Shown piece after piece: positions 20,308 through 26,015 of a stretch of 26,015 nucleotides of DNA. The notes below the pieces were generated by a model, which saw only the letters and a program-made list of their open reading frames with translations, made no database searches and was not told the DNA's origin. Numbering within the stretch: position 1 is the first letter of the stretch; each line of letters starts with the position of its first letter. A program made the translations under genes and the position numbers. Source of the DNA: Octopus sinensis (taxonomy: Eukaryota); assembly GCF_006345805.1 (NCBI RefSeq), contig NW_021835657.1:1-26015 (forward strand), in the 5' to 3' direction.

Positions 20308-20565
20308 GTGGAGGTGTGTGGCTTAGTGGTTAGGGTGTCAGCACCATGATCGTAAGATTGTGGTTTCGATTCCTGGACTGGGCGACGCGTTGTGTTCTTG
20401 AGCAAAACACTTCATTTCATGTTGATCCAGTCCACTCAGCTGGCAAAAATGAGTAACACTGTGATGGACTGGCGTCTCATCCAGCTGGGGAACCACATAC
20501 GCCATAGAAACCAGAAAACCGTGCCCATGAGCCTGGCTAGGCTTTAAAAGGGTGCATTTATTATT
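20308..20565 (+). mobile_element. Chimeric SINE: family C head plus V-like domain and tail of the 12339 family
   Basis: Head matches 10760-10900. TGTGATGGACTGGCGTCTCATCCAGCTGGGGAACC...CCCATGAGCCTGG matches the 3' part of 12339-12640. Confidence 0.8.
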
Positions 20566-21027
20566 TTATTTTTATATGTGTCTATATATTTTATTGACCC
20601 CCATTATTCTCTTCTGCCACTCTATATCATAGTAGGCATTAGGTATTTTTTCCCTAAATTCATTCTGATACAATAATGGTAAAAGGAAACAATGTATTCT
20701 AGTTCCTAGTCCTGATGAAAAATTTGCTAAAAAAATTAAATTATAATGGAGTATCTTGTATGTTGGAAATCTATATGGCCATACACACCTGAGGAGAGCG
20801 GTTTATTTCAAATTGATGAAATGCTTGCATCAATAGATTAAATGGTGCTGCTTGAAACAGTCGTAATGCACATATGCCTGGAGATCCTTGTTATTTATTT
20901 GCTTTTTATTCATCTAACTTCAAGCTGTGTGGACAATACTGGACAGACTTGGTGCCTCAACCGAAGTACCTAATTCAACCGAATCTTAATTATTTCTTAT
21001 ATATATGTATATATGCATATGTATATG

Positions 21028-21456
21028 TCATTATCATCATCGTTTAACGTCTGTTTTCCATGCTAGCATGGGTTGGACGGTCTGACCGGGGTCTGGGAAG
21101 CCATGAGGCTGCACCAGGCTCCAATCTGATCTGGCAGTGTTGCTACTGCTGGATGCCCTTCCTAACGCCAACCACTCTGTGAGTGAAGTGAGTGCTTTTT
21201 ACATACCACTGGCACAGGGACCAGAGGAGGCTGGCAAACAGCCACAATCAGTTGGTGCTTTTATGTGTCACCAACACGGACACCAGTCAGGCAGCGCTGG
21301 CATCTGCCACGTTCGGACGGTGCTTTTTATGTGTCACCGCACGGATATCTTAACTACAATTTCCATTTGATTTTTATTTTGATGTTGATGAACTTGACAC
21401 AATAGGTCTCCTCAAGCACAGCAGGCCGTCCTGCAAGCCATGAACTTACTTCATTG
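21028..21456 (-). mobile_element. Family D SINE with internal subrepeats
   Basis: GGATGCCCTTCCTAACGCCAACC, three GTGCTTTTTA units and a (CAT)n tail. Confidence 0.8.
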
Positions 21457-21488
21457 TATATATGTATATATGTATATATGTATATATG

Positions 21489-21590
<102 letters not shown>

Positions 21591-21619
21591 ACAAGTGCAT
21601 CTTCACCATAATCATAATT

Positions 21620-21830
21620 TAATGCTGCTCATTTTTCATGGCTGTATGGGTCAAGTGGAATTCCGTTGAGGCAGATTTTCTATGGCTAGATGCCCTTCCT
21701 TTCACCAAACCTCACCTGTTTCCAAGCAAGCTATTTCCCCATGGTCAAACATGTTTGTCACTGAAGACCAGAAGCAAACATCTCTTGTATGATATTGATG
21801 CATGTTTACAACTATCACATGATGTCAAGT
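21620..21830 (-). mobile_element. Old, decayed family D-related SINE
   Basis: GGCTAGATGCCCTTCC motif and TTTTCATGGCTGTATGGGTC. Confidence 0.55.
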
Positions 21831-21954
21831 AAAGGTTACACACAAACACACACAAGGTGTGTGTGTGTGTGGGGGGGTAAATGTTTACAAGGAAAAGGTT
21901 GGCAGTGATTTCAAAGTCTCAGCTTATTCACCTTCAACTTTTCCCTTGTACAAG

Positions 21955-22335
21955 TCTGCATAGCTATGCAGTAAGATGTTTGCTTCCTAATCACATGGTT
22001 CTGGTTTCAGTCCCACTATGCAGCACCTTGGGCATGTGTCTTCTACTATAGCCTTGGGCCAACCAAAGCTTTGTGAGTCGATTTTGTAGACAAAAACCAG
22101 AAGAGGCCTGTTGTGTGTGTGTGTCGCTTTTGTCCCCCAACAATGCTTAACAACTAGTGCAGGTTTGTTTACATCCCTGCAAGTTAGCGGTTTGGCACAA
22201 AGGAACAAGAGAATAAGTACCAGAATATTTTTTTAAAATATGTACCAGGGTCAATTTCCTCAACTAGACTCTTCAAGGCAATGCCCCAGAATGGCCACAG
22301 CCAAGTGACTGAAACAAGTTGAAAGATAAAAGAAA
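21955..22335 (+). mobile_element. Family A SINE (decayed)
   Basis: GCACCTTGGGCATGTGTCTTCTACTATAGCC and the tail GTGACTGAAACAAG. Confidence 0.8.
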
Positions 22336-22465
22336 ATATGTATTTTGTTAAAGAATACTGAGTAATCCTTCAGATTAATGGTAAATTGTTTTTGTAAATA
22401 ACCAAACATAAAGAGAAACATCATCATCATCATCATCAGTAATTGCAGCAGCATCGTCATTGTAG

Positions 22466-22745
22466 TCATCATCATCATCATCTTTAAATGTCTACGTTCC
22501 ATGCAGACATGGCTTGGACAGTTTGACAGAATCAGGCAGGTGTGAAGATTGCATCATGTTCCAATGTCTGCTTTAGTCCTACCTCATGACAACCATTTTA
22601 CGGAGTGCACTAGTTGGTTTGTTTTTTTTTTATTTATTTGTTTTTTTTTGGTACCACCTACACTAGTCAGGCTACCTTGCAACCTGCAAAACTATGATCC
22701 CCTTCAACAGAGTGGCGCTACAGCTGAGAGGGAAGCAGCTTAAGG
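22466..22745 (-). mobile_element. Decayed family D SINE
   Basis: (CAT)n followed by TTTAAATGTCTACGTTCCATGCAGACATGGCTTGGACAG. Confidence 0.6.
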
Positions 22746-23004
22746 ATATCGGATGTGAGGTTAAAGTAAGAGAAAAGGGTTTGAACTAAATAGGTGTGTT
22801 GCAGTAGGGAACCATGCAGCTGGCCAGGATGGAGCTGAAAAGATATTTAAAAAATGGTGATGAATTATGAGAGTGGACAGTCGAGGTACAAGAGGAGTGG
22901 GGACGGAAGAAGAGGAAATGATAGCAGGTAGAGATTGTAAGAGTGTATGAGAGAGTGAGATATTGTTAGAGATAGGGAATGGGTAAGATGTTGAATATGT
23001 AGTG

Positions 23005-23290
23005 TGTGCGCGATTTGAATATAAAAGCACCTACCTTCTCTTCTTAGTGACGGAGACCCTCCAGTGGTGACTAGTCCTTCCACACAGCCCCGACCCGAAC
23101 ACTAACGATAGCAGCTGCTAGCCCAAACCCTTAGCGACGTCCTCACACATCTTGTCACCTGCACGACCCACGTTGGAAAGGCCCAATTGACCGCTCCCTG
23201 CGCACGCCTGACGGCTGACCCCTTCCAGTTGCCCCAGCTTCCGGTCAACGCACCCAGCTGCTGACGTCCAGCTGCTGACGTCATCCCACA
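23005..23290. promoter_or_regulatory. CpG-rich, GC-rich patch with CRE, E-box, ETS-like and NRF1-like motifs
   Basis: About 18 CpGs in about 280 bp in a CpG-poor window. Contains TGACGTCA, a tandem CAGCTGCTGACGTC, CTTCCGG, TGCGCACGC and CCAAT. Function is inferred only. Confidence 0.35.
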
Positions 23291-23387
23291 GAATATAATG
23301 AAGGACAAGTGTTGAGGGATGATAAGCAAGTGAGATAGGAAAGAGTATGTGATAAATGTAGAAAATGGTTAGAGTTGAGGGATGATC

Positions 23388-23473
23388 AATGATACATAAG
23401 TAAGGGAAGGTAGAGGAAGGGAGATGGTGAAATGATACATAAGTAAGGGAAGGTAGAGGAAGGGAAAAGGTGA
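23388..23473 (+). repeat. 43-bp tandem duplication
   Basis: AATGATACATAAGTAAGGGAAGGTAGAGGAAGGGA(G/A)A(T/A)GGTGA twice, with 2 mismatches. Confidence 0.9.
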
Positions 23474-25138
23474 AATAAAGATACAGTAGACAAGGAAAGA
23501 ATGAGAAGATGCAATCAAGGAGGAAAGATGGAGGGGGATGACTTGCGATTGGATATATTGTTAGAATGTGAGGTAGATATAGTTCTTGAGGAGACAGAGA
23601 GACACCTGGTGGTAGAGAAAAGATAATTTCATTGTTTTAAGAGGGTGATCAATGCAAAGTGTGGCTGGTGAAAACAGTAGTAAGGATGAAAGATGGATGA
23701 CAAGTGAAATGGTTCCATGTAGTGAGAAGGATAAGAGGTATCATGGAAAAGTTGGTGAAATATACAGTTTTTCTCCCATTTAATTACACCACAGAATAAT
23801 TAGAAAGATGGTGGGTAGAATGAATGTCTTGAGGCAGAAATTGGGCAGCAGGAGGAGATCCAGTTTTGCAGATTGTGCTTCCAGCTTTGGCCCGTGTCTT
23901 TCTGTCCTGCAGCCTGAGTATTAGAGATATTAAGTGCTCAGGATTGTGAGACAGTGTCTGAGAGTGAACCAAAATGTTATTGGCAAAAAGTGTTTTCAGA
24001 ATGATGAAGGTATACTCCCTGTTGACATGGAAGACAAGAAAGTGCATGGCAGCGTTATATTGTGAGACTGTTGAATATAGAGAATGCATGGGATAAAGAG
24101 GGACTGCCTCATGTTGACCATCAGAGATACCAGAAATTCAAGATAACAACAATGTAGTAAGTAAAACAATTAATGATACAAAAGGAAAGAATACTACAGG
24201 TTTATTAGAGATAGTTGCAGAGGTCCTCAAAATATCTGGCAAGGTAGAGTACATGACTACCACCTGGATAGCCAACCATGTCATACCTGATTACTGGCAT
24301 AGCAGTATCTTTGTAAACTTCCACAAAGGCAAAGGTGATGCCTTAGAGAGAAGCAACTAAAAAGGAATCAAATAACTGGATCAGGTTATGAAGGTCATAG
24401 AGAGAGATTGCACAATTGTTTCATGACAAGGTAGATCTAGATATGATGCTATGTTGATCTGTGCCCAGAAGTGGCTCTGTGGATGAAATTTTCCTTGTAA
24501 GAAAACTGCAAGAGAAATACTTGGCTAAGAGTAAACCACTATTCCTGGCATTCGCTGACTTAGAGAAGATATTTGATGAGGTTCCACATTTAGTAATCCA
24601 GTGGTCATTGACAAAAGTGGATGTAATCAAATGGCTTGTGAGGTTTGTACAATTTATGTACAAAGATCCAGTAAGTAAAGAAGGATTCAACAAATTTTTC
24701 AGTGATAAATTTAACATGACTTTAGCAATGAATTTTGAGTAAGAGTCCATCAAGTTTCAGTCCTCAGTACTTCCTATTCTTCATAGTCCTTCAGGCCATC
24801 ACAGAAGAGTTTAAGACTGACTGCTTATGGGAACTTCTATATGCTGAATATCTATTGTGGAATTAGAAAATGTAAACCTAACAAAGGCTTAAGTAAGTAT
24901 GATAGAAGACAAGACTCAACTATCTTCAGAAAAATGACTTTGCTTGATATGCAGGAAAGGAGTAGCTATGAACTCCATATAGTGTACACACTGTAAGCTT
25001 TGGACACAAGAGATGTAGTGGAATCACAGCTGTCTAGCAGAGGATGAAAACTTCCTATGTGATAGAGCAGTAATTAGTGCGTACATAGTTACACACTAGT
25101 AATAGTTAAGACAGTTCTATATTTAAGAGATGAGGAAT

Positions 25139-25387
25139 TATGTACATTATTTACATTTGGTGGATATTTGTCCTCATCTTGTTTGTTGTTAACACAATGT
25201 TTCGGCTGATATACCCTTCAGCCTTCATCAGGTGTCTTGAGGAAATTTTGAACCTGGGTTCTCATTCCTAAAGTATTTTTCGATGTTGTTATTATTATTA
25301 TTATTATTATTTATTATTATTATTATTATCATTATTATTATTATCATCATCATCATCATTATTATCAACATCATCATCATCATCATT

Positions 25388-25452
<65 letters not shown>

Positions 25453-25559
25453 CATTATTATCATTATTATTATTCAAGTCACTGCTTGGAATCGAACTCG
25501 GAATCTTGAGGTTAGTAGCCTGCGCTCTTAACCACTACGCCATATGCCCACGGGCACTC
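25139..25559 (-). mobile_element. Family E tRNA-headed hammerhead SINE with expanded (AAT/GAT)n tract
   Basis: A box TGGCGTAGTGG, B box GAGTTCGATTCC and a 5' hairpin TGCCC-GT-GGGCA. Possible 7-bp TSD GAGGAAT (25132-25138 / 25560-25566). Confidence 0.85.
25191..25236 (-). ncRNA. Minimal type I hammerhead ribozyme motif inside a SINE
   Basis: GACAC CTGATGA A GGCTG AAGGGTATAT CAGCC GAAA CAT T GTGTT. Confidence 0.7.
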
Positions 25560-26015
25560 GAGGAATAGTTTCTTTTAAATGTCTGAATGTCTGACTAGAA
25601 GCAGTTGATAGCTTTTGTTACCTAAGGAATGCAATTAGCAAGGAAGATGGTTGCAAGTATACTAGCCAGAGTAAGAACAGATTGGAGAAAATTCAGGGAA
25701 TTACCACTATTAGTCCTTTCCCTTAGAGAGAAATTGTATGAACTGTTGTGCTGCATTGTAGGCGAATTGTGGACTTTGACTACAAAGAGCTTGAGAAGAC
25801 TGGATGTGCAATGCATGTGTGCATAAAAGGTGCAATACAAAGGAGCTGAGTGAAAAACTGGACATGAGAGGGATCAGATGTAGTGTGTAAGACAGAACAT
25901 TGCACTGGTATGGACATAGGATGGAGACAGTTGTATAATGAAGTATTGATTACTTAATGTTGGTGAAGCTTACCAGGAAAGGGAGACCCAAGAAGACTGA
26001 GCAAAGTGGTAAAGT

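Larger units (their letters stand above)
23600..26015 (+). mobile_element. Heavily decayed RTE-clade LINE (RT region), running off the window end and interrupted by a family E SINE
   Basis: Peptides include VRLLNIENAWDKEGLPHVD, FHKGKGDALER, IFLVRKLQEKYLAKSKPLFLAFADLEKIFDEVP, VHQVSVLS, WELLYAE (YADD equivalent), VDSFCYL and ARVRTDWRKFRELP. Many frameshifts; the 5' boundary is approximate. Confidence 0.9.

Noticed and set aside
21886-21950. 16-bp inverted repeat (14/16 match)
   Set aside because: Short, and within chance expectation for this composition.

Overview
AT-rich, microsatellite-dense animal genomic DNA. The SINE/LINE repertoire looks like an octopod cephalopod (Octopus); this is recalled from memory, not from a database search. 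No intact protein-coding gene is supported, and almost all ORF-track entries are microsatellite translations. The window is a mosaic of retroelements. It holds several tRNA-headed SINE families (many with clear target-site duplications, TSDs), a decayed RTE LINE (about 23.6-26 kb), and a 3' RTE fragment with C2H2 fingers placed head-to-head with a 3' fragment of a restriction-like-endonuclease (R4/Dong-type) LINE. It also holds a Penelope GIY-YIG fragment, an internally deleted Gypsy LTR element (gag+protease only, carrying two nested SINEs), a small Helitron-like element with TTAGGG repeats, and three inverted repeats. The most notable signal is six minimal hammerhead-ribozyme motifs of Penelope type. 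Two of them sit inside a tRNA-promoter SINE, which suggests a Pol III-driven, ribozyme-bearing non-autonomous retroelement. A few small candidate exons are noted at low confidence.
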